From: an uncultured archaeon
GTDB lineage: Archaea > Asgardarchaeota > Heimdallarchaeia > Heimdallarchaeales > Heimdallarchaeaceae
Assembly (NCBI GenBank): GCA_964549075.1
Contig: CAZJUB010000015.1
Location: 1 to 24,586 of the forward strand
Length of the DNA stretch: 24,586 nt
Direction of reading: 5' to 3'
The notes below the pieces were generated by a model, which worked only from the letters and a program-made list of their open reading frames with translations, did no database searches and had not been told where the DNA came from. Position numbers and translations under genes: made by a program. This document shows, piece after piece, positions 9,364 through 18,074 of this stretch (positions are counted from its first letter, which is position 1; each line of letters starts with the position of its first letter).

Positions 9364-9384
9364 CTTTCTCAATGTTTGAGAAAG
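9364..9384. promoter_or_regulatory. Palindromic operator 2 (CTTTCTCAA-TGT-TTGAGAAAG)
   Basis: Perfect 9-bp inverted repeat with a 3-nt spacer, over the predicted TSS of the GNAT gene. Confidence 0.7.
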
Positions 9385-9416
9385 CAAACACAAAAAAATA
9401 GTTTTAGGTGTTAATT

Positions 9417-10310
9417 ATGGAATTCAAAAAATATAAAGAATCAAGATTGAAAGATCTTGGAGAATTAGTTAAAGATGTAGTCAAAGATTGGCCTCAAGAT
9501 CCATGGTATCCATCTATGGAGCAGTTAAAACAAACCTACGAATCCAATGAAAATTTTACTCCAGAGACTAGACACTTCTTGTATGAGGGTGATAAATTAG
9601 TTGCTTTTCTAAGTAGTGCTTTGGAGGAAAAAGACGAAGAGGGTATTCAGTGGGGATCCATTCATATGCCATTTATCAGAAAAGGTTATGAAGAAGTAGA
9701 GTCTGAGCTTTTTGACAAAACAATAGGTTTACTAAAAGAAAAAGGAGCTCAAAAAATCCGAACATCCTCTAGACCTGAATATGGATATATCCCTGAACTC
9801 CTTGAAAAATGGGGATTCGATAAATCAGAAGCTGGTGGAAAACGAGCTATACTCAAGGCAAAGGATTTTGTTCCTAAAGATTATATTGAACCAGATTACT
9901 TTAAGGAACTTGATCTAAATAAAGATGAAGATTTGGATAAATTCAAGAAAGTCTATTTGAAAGCTCGAAAAGAGGTAAAGAAGGAAGATTTCGACAACAC
10001 AATGAAAGCCTTCATAGAACAAGATTTAACCATTTCTTGCGTTTTAGCAGAGAAAGATGAAGTTCTCTCTTATGGTCTACTCTATAAATCAGGACAACCT
10101 AAGAGATCGTTCTTATCATCGATACCAATTTTTGATGAAGAAAAACCAGAAGTACTAAAAAAAGTATTGACCTATATGGCACATAAAGCTGTAGAAAAAG
10201 GATATGACGAAATCTATCATGCTTTAGTTGATGAAGAAAGAGAAGAGCTCTATAAGCAAATGAGGATAGAATTTACTCCTTCGTTTAGGTACGAACTCAA
10301 ATTAGACTAA
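9417..10310 (+). CDS. Tandem GNAT-fold (acetyltransferase-like) protein
   Basis: Two GNAT-like halves (KLVAFL...PFIRKGYE...KEKGA...LLEKWGF and KAVEKGYDEI...LYKQM). ATG 9417 follows RBS AGGTG; the track start is GTG 9408. Confidence 0.65.
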   Translation: MEFKKYKESRLKDLGELVKDVVKDWPQDPWYPSMEQLKQTYESNENFTPETRHFLYEGDKLVAFLSSALEEKDEEGIQWGSIHMPFIRKGYEEVESELFDKTIGLLKEKGAQKIRTSSRPEYGYIPELLEKWGFDKSEAGGKRAILKAKDFVPKDYIEPDYFKELDLNKDEDLDKFKKVYLKARKEVKKEDFDNTMKAFIEQDLTISCVLAEKDEVLSYGLLYKSGQPKRSFLSSIPIFDEEKPEVLKKVLTYMAHKAVEKGYDEIYHALVDEEREELYKQMRIEFTPSFRYELKLD

Positions 10311-10325
10311 GCCAAGGATAAATTT

Positions 10326-10349
10326 CCTCTTCTTTTTCTTTTTTTATTT
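10326..10349 (+). terminator. Pyrimidine/T-tract terminator after the GNAT gene
   Basis: CCTCTTCTTTTTCTTTTTTTATTT 15-40 nt after the stop, an archaeal oligo-U type terminator. Confidence 0.5.
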
Positions 10350-10486
10350 CTAGCAAAACACACAACCTTACAAACAAACTCAAGTTAAGTTTTCATAAAT
10401 ACTAGTATCAACTGGTATTTGATTATTATTTTTCTACAAATGTTTATAATTCTTCTAATCAAACTAGTTTAACTAAGGTATTAAAA

Positions 10487-11665
10487 ATGATAACTAAAGC
10501 AGAATATGAAGAAAGAAGGATAAAATTACAAGATGAAGTTAATAAACAAAAACTTGATGCATTTTTGGTATCCTCTGAAGAAAGTATCTACTATCTAACA
10601 GGAGTCTCATATATCCCCTTTGAACGACCATTTTTCATCATTTTTTGGTCAAACGATAATCCTACATTTATTGTTCCTGCATTAGAAAAAGAACACATGA
10701 GGAACTCTGAACTTGGTGATGTTATTGATTATTGGGAATTTCCTTCTCCTTCTGGTATTGGATGGTCAGATAAGCTGATAAAGCTTCTTAATAAAACCGC
10801 CAAGTTAGGAGTTGAACCATCTTTACGTCTTGATATTGCTAAGATTCTTGATGATTTTTCTCCAAAGCCAATTCCACTAGTAGAAACTCTAAGATTAATT
10901 AAATCTGAAACTGAAATAAAAATGCTAAAACGAGCATCCCACTATGCAGATATTTTAATGAGTAAAATTATTTCAACAAGTTATTATGGTGCATCGGTTT
11001 TAGAGAGCTTCTCACAAGGGAGAGGAGTACAAGCTCAAGTATTGAAAGAAGGCAATTTTGAACCTCTAACCACAGATATTGTAGGAGCTACTTGGCCTGC
11101 GCCATTCAGTTCCCAACCACATGGAATTCCAGATATCAGTGATAAAATGGGTGAAGGTCCGTTAGTTACGATTAGTTCTGCAAGAGTGAATGGTTATGCT
11201 GCTGAAGTTGAAAGAACTTATTTTGTTAAAAAACCATCAGAAAAAAATAAGAAAATCTACCAAGACATGATGGATGCTAGAACTATAGGTTTTGAGAAGG
11301 TTAAACCAGGAGTAAAGTGTTCTGATTTAGATAAAGAAATTAAGAAGTACCTAAAAGACTTGGGACATGAAGATTATTTACTACATAGAACTGGTCATGG
11401 ATTAGGATTAGGAGCACATGAAGGACCTTGGATAGCAGAAGGAAGTAAGGACGTTTTACAAGAAAATATGGTTATAAGCATTGAACCTGGAATATATATT
11501 CCTGAAATAGGAGGATTCCGACACTCGGATACAGTACTAATAACTAAGGAAGGGAATAAGTCATTAACAAAATATCCTGATGATCTTCAATCCTTAACAA
11601 TAACTTCCTTAAAACCATTGAAAAGGATTAAAGGAAAAATGGTAAGAAGCGTTATAGGTATTTGA
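10487..11665 (+). CDS. M24 family (Xaa-Pro peptidase / creatinase-like) hydrolase
   Basis: Creatinase/prolidase N-domain, LRLIKSETEI, HRTGHGLGLGAHEGP and SIEPGIY. Non-canonical EVERT and GFRHSDT motifs. Confidence 0.88.
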   Translation: MITKAEYEERRIKLQDEVNKQKLDAFLVSSEESIYYLTGVSYIPFERPFFIIFWSNDNPTFIVPALEKEHMRNSELGDVIDYWEFPSPSGIGWSDKLIKLLNKTAKLGVEPSLRLDIAKILDDFSPKPIPLVETLRLIKSETEIKMLKRASHYADILMSKIISTSYYGASVLESFSQGRGVQAQVLKEGNFEPLTTDIVGATWPAPFSSQPHGIPDISDKMGEGPLVTISSARVNGYAAEVERTYFVKKPSEKNKKIYQDMMDARTIGFEKVKPGVKCSDLDKEIKKYLKDLGHEDYLLHRTGHGLGLGAHEGPWIAEGSKDVLQENMVISIEPGIYIPEIGGFRHSDTVLITKEGNKSLTKYPDDLQSLTITSLKPLKRIKGKMVRSVIGI

Positions 11666-11681
11666 ATATGTATTCTACCTA

Positions 11682-13934
11682 TTATTTCACCTTCTTTTTC
11701 TTTCTTTTAATTATCATAACTACTAGCATCAGACTAAGGAAAACAAACGTTATTTTTGGAAATTCAGCATCAAAAGTTGGATCATATGTACCTACTCTAA
11801 ATGAATAGGTTTGACTATGAAAATTATAAGCTGATGAATTAGAACTAATATAAAATTCTATTAAGTCATCTTTTTCGTAATCCTTTCCTAAATTAAAAGT
11901 GAAAGTATCTTCTGAATCTTTTGTCATACTTACATTATGCCAAAAATCGCGGTTTACCTGATAATGAATAGTAGAAGAAAAGATTTCATAAGCATAATCA
12001 AAAACTGCTTTAACAATAAGATCTTCCCCTACTTTATCGTGGTTTTTCACTGTAACAATTATATCAGGGAGGAAATCTTTATGTGGTAACCAATCATAAG
12101 CAGTATCTAAATCCCTGCTATAATGAATTACATCATCACAATAATAATAACTTATTAAAGGATAAAGAACACTATCAGGAATAAGTAATTCTCCATTAAA
12201 GACATCTTCATTAATTTCTGTTCTATTAATAGAATAGCTGATAGCTTTACGAAGACAGCAACCTAAAGTATAATCTTCTTTACCTTCATCAGAACTGAAG
12301 ACATAGTTAGATGAACCTCCAATAAATGGACGTTTTTGATTAAATCCTAAAAAGGTAAAACCAGCATAAGACTTAGTTGCTATTATATTAAAACGTGGAT
12401 CATCAGCCATCAATCCTCTATCTAATGGAAATTCATTCATAGCTATAAAATCTAAATGTCCTGTTTTAAAATCAGCTAATTTAGCAGAAGGATCTTCATA
12501 ATGATAGACGTTTACAATCTGAATAGATGGTGTTATACCAATTGAACCATCGATAGGACCTACACCAAACCAATTTGGATTGCGTTGAAAGACAGTTATA
12601 TTATCAGTATAGTAGTCAATCATATACTTACCACAACTAAAAGCTGAAGTATCAAAAGCGAGCCATTGAGGTGTATTATAAATTTCTGGATATAATCCGA
12701 TGGATTTTACTCCTCCAAGAGTTTCTGTAATAGTTGAATCAGTTGAATTCAAGAAAAATTCAGGAAGGATTCGTTCTCTTAACCTTATCCAAAAATCACC
12801 AAGAGGGTCTGGTTCAGGTGTTTCTATATTACTATCAATATATACATGAAAAGCGAGAGGATCTGAAGGATCAACATAGACATCAGATATTAATTGAAAA
12901 TATCCTGGCATAATACTAGTTGTAGGAGTTCCCCATGTCAAAATAGTAAAAACAGCGTCTTTTGCTGTAACTTGTTGATTTGTACCATCGCTGTATTCTC
13001 CATTCTTTAATCCAACCATTAATTCTCCAGTTGGAATGCTAGATAAAGGAGGAGAACTTGCAGTTCTGCTAGTTATATTATACGAAGGACTCCAGAACAC
13101 GTTATCACGCATATAATATTTAAAATGACAATCATCTATTTTTTCCCAATCATAGACAAGACCTGTTTTAACTGGAATTTGTTGAGGACTCCATTTAACC
13201 ATACTTTCATGAATAAGATCTGCAACTTCAGCATTATCATAGTCAAAAGCATAATAATACAATGGATTTAAATTTATCCAATTATATCCCATATTGAATG
13301 TTTCAAGTGAAGTTTGTCCTTCATGATAACCATCATAATACATATAAGCTAAATTTGGGCCAATCGTCCATTCACCATTATATCCAAAAGTATTTGACCA
13401 TATCGTATCATAATTTGGCATTGTACCTAAAGGTAAGAGGGGCAAACACTTATCCACAAATAATCTTTGCCAATCATAATATCGTTGTTGTCTTTCTTCT
13501 AAGTCTACTATTTTAGCTGCTTCATCCATCATTTCTTTACTAATATCGAAGTAAGGCATATCATCTCTATTTCTTAGGATGTTAACAGCACCATCTTCAG
13601 CATAATAAGCCCTATGGTCAGGTGACTCTGGTGTTCCAACAACAGCCACTATTATTAAATCATAAGTGCCTTTCACCATAGTAGTCCACAGTTCTGGCCA
13701 ACTCTCAATAACAACATCAAGGTCAATTCCTATATCTTCCAGATAATCAGCGATATACAGAGCCATATCGGGTCTATTACTACCACTATTTGTTTTTAAA
13801 ACCAGATCTAACCATACAACTACATCAGATTTTACTGCAGTTGGAAAATTAGTAAAAGAAGAACAAATGATAAAAGAAAGACATGCTGTGAGAATGAGTC
13901 TTTTATTTTTGTTTTTCAGTTTAAAAGTAGACAT
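11682..13934 (-). CDS. Family-5 (OppA/DppA-like) solute-binding protein, circularly permuted, with signal peptide and C-terminal TM anchor
   Basis: SBP5 motifs DGTNQQVTAKDAVFT, FQRNPNWF, FLGFN and LRKAISYSINR. Basic and hydrophobic N-terminus; C-terminal AEFP-TM-KRKKKK. Confidence 0.85.
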   Translation of the reverse strand: MSTFKLKNKNKRLILTACLSFIICSSFTNFPTAVKSDVVVWLDLVLKTNSGSNRPDMALYIADYLEDIGIDLDVVIESWPELWTTMVKGTYDLIIVAVVGTPESPDHRAYYAEDGAVNILRNRDDMPYFDISKEMMDEAAKIVDLEERQQRYYDWQRLFVDKCLPLLPLGTMPNYDTIWSNTFGYNGEWTIGPNLAYMYYDGYHEGQTSLETFNMGYNWINLNPLYYYAFDYDNAEVADLIHESMVKWSPQQIPVKTGLVYDWEKIDDCHFKYYMRDNVFWSPSYNITSRTASSPPLSSIPTGELMVGLKNGEYSDGTNQQVTAKDAVFTILTWGTPTTSIMPGYFQLISDVYVDPSDPLAFHVYIDSNIETPEPDPLGDFWIRLRERILPEFFLNSTDSTITETLGGVKSIGLYPEIYNTPQWLAFDTSAFSCGKYMIDYYTDNITVFQRNPNWFGVGPIDGSIGITPSIQIVNVYHYEDPSAKLADFKTGHLDFIAMNEFPLDRGLMADDPRFNIIATKSYAGFTFLGFNQKRPFIGGSSNYVFSSDEGKEDYTLGCCLRKAISYSINRTEINEDVFNGELLIPDSVLYPLISYYYCDDVIHYSRDLDTAYDWLPHKDFLPDIIVTVKNHDKVGEDLIVKAVFDYAYEIFSSTIHYQVNRDFWHNVSMTKDSEDTFTFNLGKDYEKDDLIEFYISSNSSAYNFHSQTYSFRVGTYDPTFDAEFPKITFVFLSLMLVVMIIKRKKKKVK

Positions 13935-14083
13935 AGTTTGTTTACGCTATTCAAAGATATAAACATTATGGGATTTTGTTAATTTGTGAATAAAAGCTAC
14001 TTTTAAGCAATTTCATGAGTAAAATAGCACAGTTTGACATATTTTGGGAAATTTTTTTAATACTAACGATTAATATATTACTA

Positions 14084-15217
14084 TTGAATAAAAATTCCAA
14101 GATCTTAAGATTGCTTATTTATTTGTCAATTGTTCTATTGTTCTCTATTTCTTTTGGTCTTGGGCAAATAGAAAAATTCTTTCCTACAGATCATTTTCAC
14201 GATAGAGAACAAACAAATATGTCTATAGGAAATTTCATTACTACAGACCATCTCACAACAGTTGATATTTCAGATATAGATAATATTACTATCACCGAAC
14301 AGATAACTATTTCTAATAATCAGAATAGTACTGGAACAGTATTTCTCTGGTTGAACCAAACAGAAAATCAAAGATATAATGATTTAATTATAATAGATGA
14401 AGTTGGGAATCAACTTGATTATGAATTAGTAAATAACACAGACTTGCTAAATATCACTTTACGATCAGAATTAGACATGGATAAAGATATTACTCTCTTT
14501 TTAGCATATAAGATGATTACACAGCTTGGTAAAGTAGAGGTTCCTAGAGATACTGCATATTATGTTTTTGTTTACAATCAGTTCTTCTCTTATACAACAA
14601 ATCAATACACTCTTTTAATTAGACTACCAGAAAGATGTTTCCCTCACGGAGAAAGTGTTCCAGGGGATTCTACTTCTGTGGTATCAGGTAAAAATGTACA
14701 CATCATATGGGAAAGAAATAGCATATCACCGTCATCGTCACCAGAATCATTTATAGTTTATTTTGATGAAGAAAGACCTTTAAATCCAATCTGGGGGTAT
14801 GTGGTTGGTCCTCTTCTAGGATTAGCTTTAGGTTGTTCTTTTATGTATTTCTGGATGAGAAGAGGTTCATCTAAATTAGAAGAAGAGATAGAAAAGATTT
14901 ACTTAACCAAGAATCAGCAATTTTTATTGAAGTTAATCGATGAAAAACAAGGAAAAATTACTCAGCAAGACTTGATTATGATAACAGATTTTACAAAATC
15001 GAAAGTTTCAAGGAATCTCACCCCTTTAGAAGAAAATGGTCTTATTTCAAAGGAAAAGTGGGGAAGGGAATACAAAGTATATTTGACTAAAAAAGGTTCA
15101 AAACTATCTAAAAAAATAGTTGCAGAAGAGTTGCAAAAATCATCAAAGAAAACTCAATCCGATTTTTCAAAAGAGGAAAAAACAATGGAGAAGTGGGAAA
15201 AAAATGAAGATAAGTAG
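14084..15217 (+). CDS. Membrane-anchored wHTH transcriptional regulator (COG2512-like) with extracellular domain
   Basis: N-terminal hydrophobic helix, sequon-rich beta domain, TM (WGYVVGPLLGLALG) and MarR-like wHTH LTKNQQFLLKLI..GKITQQDL..FTKSKVSRNLTPLEENGLI. Start is TTG 14084 or ATG 14015. Confidence 0.8.
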   Translation: MNKNSKILRLLIYLSIVLLFSISFGLGQIEKFFPTDHFHDREQTNMSIGNFITTDHLTTVDISDIDNITITEQITISNNQNSTGTVFLWLNQTENQRYNDLIIIDEVGNQLDYELVNNTDLLNITLRSELDMDKDITLFLAYKMITQLGKVEVPRDTAYYVFVYNQFFSYTTNQYTLLIRLPERCFPHGESVPGDSTSVVSGKNVHIIWERNSISPSSSPESFIVYFDEERPLNPIWGYVVGPLLGLALGCSFMYFWMRRGSSKLEEEIEKIYLTKNQQFLLKLIDEKQGKITQQDLIMITDFTKSKVSRNLTPLEENGLISKEKWGREYKVYLTKKGSKLSKKIVAEELQKSSKKTQSDFSKEEKTMEKWEKNEDK

Positions 15218-16889
15218 ACGTTCCTTTATAGGTATCAGCATAGGAATTCTGATATTCTTATCTACATTTGTTACATTTTATTTTATTTTCGTCCCTAAAA
15301 GTTATCCAATTAAAAATATGCCAATAATTATATTACAAGATGATGATTTTAATAATTTTGACTTTTTAGGAGACGGTACAATAGATAATCCATTTCTAAT
15401 TGATAATTATAAAATAACTACTGAGAGCAAATATAGCATATTCATTGTTAATACTTTCAAGTATTTTGTTATCCAAAATTGTTATGTGAACGGTAAAGAA
15501 TATGGGATCTATCTAGATAATATTGCGGATGGAACTGCAACTATTAAAGATAATTTCTGTTTTGGAAATGAAATTGGAATTAGATTATCTCATTCAAGCA
15601 ATATAACTCTTACAAATAATATTTGCTCTAATAATGAAGGTTCTTCAGGGGTAGGAATATTTCTCTCAGATGCTACTTTTTGTAATTTAACAAACAACTA
15701 CTGTTATTCCAACGAATTTTATGGAATCAAACTAGAAGAATGTTCTTACTGTTATCTCTTCAACAACACATGTATAGAAAACAGCTTTAGACTTTTTAGT
15801 TCAGGTTTATTTGTATTTCAATCGACACACATTATTCTTGATAATAATACTTGCAATTCAAATGAAAGAGGATATGGTATTCATATTAGTGTATCAACCA
15901 ACACTATCGTAAGGAATAACACGTGTGAAGAAAACTTTCTGATGGGAATTTATCTTACTTCAAGTCCATATTCTCTAATTATAGATAACATAATTTCCAA
16001 AAATGGTCCTTGGTATATAGATGATAGTCATGGAATTATGTTGCAATATTCCTCTTATTGCAATTTAACAAGAAATATTATTACGTCAAACATCGGAAAT
16101 GGAATTTACTTGCTAAGTTCATCCAACTGTTATGTTTTTAACAATGAAATCAATAATCAAGTTAAGTACTTTACAGATTGGAATTCTCCTCACGATACTT
16201 TCTATGGATTTGCAGTTTATTGTTTATATTGCTCCTACATTACTATTCTGAACAATCAAGGTTCTAATAATTATGGTAGTTGTTGGGTAGAAATCTCACA
16301 TAATGTAAACATTTCATCAAATATTTGGGGAAATGATGAAAATTATTCTATTGAGATTTATGAAGGCTCTAATTGCGCAATACAGAATAACATAATCAAT
16401 GCAAATGAAGCTGGTATTCATATGACACTTACAACTTCAAGTATAGTAATGTATAATTTAATTACTAATTCTGAATCTTATGGACTTTCGTTTTATGGTA
16501 ATTCTAGCAACAACATTGTTCATCATAACAGCTTTGTTGATAATAATTTGGGAGGAATAAGTCAAGCATATGATGAGGGAACAAACAATTTATGGTATGA
16601 TAACATGACAGAAGAGGGCAATTTTTGGACAAATTGGAGTGGTTCTGGAAATTACTCAATTGATGGTCCTTCTAACTCTGTTGATCCGTATTGTCTTATT
16701 GATAATCCTCTTGAAATGCCAAGTTATACATATTTAACTAATCTATTTTTCCTTTCTACAATCCTGAAAAATGACTTATGTAACAATCTCTATGTATTTT
16801 CTGTTAATCCTGCTTATTTTTTCACCAATTATCTCTTATTATTCCGCGAAACCACTACAAAACTAGCTCTTTACACTGATAAAAAATAG
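15204..16889 (+). CDS. Right-handed parallel beta-helix (NosD/CASH) surface protein
   Basis: GDGTIDNPFLI N-cap, repeated GIxL..S.N..I.NN.C..N units and the C-terminal SQAYDEGTNNLWY...GNFW...YSIDG...D motif. ATG 15204 (MKISRRSFI) preferred. Confidence 0.88.
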   Translation: MKISRRSFIGISIGILIFLSTFVTFYFIFVPKSYPIKNMPIIILQDDDFNNFDFLGDGTIDNPFLIDNYKITTESKYSIFIVNTFKYFVIQNCYVNGKEYGIYLDNIADGTATIKDNFCFGNEIGIRLSHSSNITLTNNICSNNEGSSGVGIFLSDATFCNLTNNYCYSNEFYGIKLEECSYCYLFNNTCIENSFRLFSSGLFVFQSTHIILDNNTCNSNERGYGIHISVSTNTIVRNNTCEENFLMGIYLTSSPYSLIIDNIISKNGPWYIDDSHGIMLQYSSYCNLTRNIITSNIGNGIYLLSSSNCYVFNNEINNQVKYFTDWNSPHDTFYGFAVYCLYCSYITILNNQGSNNYGSCWVEISHNVNISSNIWGNDENYSIEIYEGSNCAIQNNIINANEAGIHMTLTTSSIVMYNLITNSESYGLSFYGNSSNNIVHHNSFVDNNLGGISQAYDEGTNNLWYDNMTEEGNFWTNWSGSGNYSIDGPSNSVDPYCLIDNPLEMPSYTYLTNLFFLSTILKNDLCNNLYVFSVNPAYFFTNYLLLFRETTTKLALYTDKK

Positions 16890-16899
16890 TTGCAATTAG

Positions 16900-17286
16900 T
16901 TGCATTTTGGTTTGACTATTTTTTTTCACGTATATGATTTATTCAATGAATTTCTACATATATTCATGGAACCAAGTATGATCATCGAGAGCTTGTGGAA
17001 CAAAGCTAAGTTCTCGATGTTAAGTGGGAATCTTGAAGAAATGAAAGATCTCCTCAATCATGCCATGGTTCTAGCTTACAATCTTGAATCTGAGAAACTA
17101 ATTTTAACCAAATCTCTCTCAAATACTGGTAAAATTAATCAGACTTTAGAGATTGAAATTTCTGAACAAAAAACAGCTTCTACTTCTAAAAGGATTTCAC
17201 GAACCAACTTCTTATACGAAGCAAAATCCAATAAAAACTCAATATTACATGATACTGCTGAATTGAAAATGAAAATAGAAATATAG
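16900..17286 (+). pseudogene. Probable truncated remnant of a TPR/alpha-solenoid protein
   Basis: IIESLWNKAKFSMLSGNLEEMKDLLNHAMVLA is a TPR-like helix pair resembling the C-termini of Asgard TPR proteins. No convincing start, RBS or promoter. Confidence 0.4.
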
Positions 17287-17315
17287 TTAAATCACCTAAA
17301 AGTATCTTCTTCTTT

Positions 17316-18074
17316 CTATCTATAGATCTGATCAGGTTGTTCTATTTCTACAATCATATGACTTGCATTACTCCAAGAATCTATCTGAAACGCGAAACTT
17401 GGGGCTAATTCACATCGTTTTCTCAGATAAATTTTTACCCAATCATAAGGTGGTATCATAGCGTGCCAGCTTAATTCCATTTCCCAATTATTAGATTTGA
17501 AAAGATAATGCTGAACTATAATTATCTGTATTCCACTCCAAAAACCTTCCCAGGTCGTAGTTTCATCAATCTGAAAGGAAGGATAGTTTAAAGCCAAGAA
17601 AGCTACAAAAGCATCTCTCATTGTTTCAACTATTGGTTCATCATACAAGGTCCAGTTTAATACCTTCATTAGAGCTATATCAGAAGCTACCAAATCACCT
17701 GCTTGAATTGTTACATTTACTTCTATATTTTGATTTATCTGAGTAACTGTTGGATATAAGAATACTTCCAATAGATTTGGAGATGAGTTAGTTCTCCAGA
17801 ATTTATAATCCAGAGCAATAGAAGAATTCGTATCTATTGATGTATTATATTCCACCTCAGAATCATCACCTTTGAAGGAAATTGAAACTAGAAACCAGGC
17901 AACATGATCAGGACAGGAATTCATTGTTTCGGGAACAAATTCTACTTCCAAATCTCTAAAATGCTTATTTTGTATATACACTGTTATCACTGCTATTGAA
18001 GCCACTAATAAAGAAATTATTAGAGTGACAACTAAGATTCTCGATATTCTTTTATTCAAAATTCTAATTTTCAT
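17316..18074 (-). CDS. Membrane-anchored extracellular hypothetical protein
   Basis: Basic N-terminus plus TM helix, then a beta-rich, Trp-rich domain. GGTGA RBS lies within the end of the upstream gene, suggesting coupling. Confidence 0.75.
   Translation of the reverse strand: MKIRILNKRISRILVVTLIISLLVASIAVITVYIQNKHFRDLEVEFVPETMNSCPDHVAWFLVSISFKGDDSEVEYNTSIDTNSSIALDYKFWRTNSSPNLLEVFLYPTVTQINQNIEVNVTIQAGDLVASDIALMKVLNWTLYDEPIVETMRDAFVAFLALNYPSFQIDETTTWEGFWSGIQIIIVQHYLFKSNNWEMELSWHAMIPPYDWVKIYLRKRCELAPSFAFQIDSWSNASHMIVEIEQPDQIYR

Noticed and set aside
16887-16937. TAG read-through (pyrrolysine) of the beta-helix gene
   Set aside because: The frame closes at a TGA 15 codons later and no domain continues.
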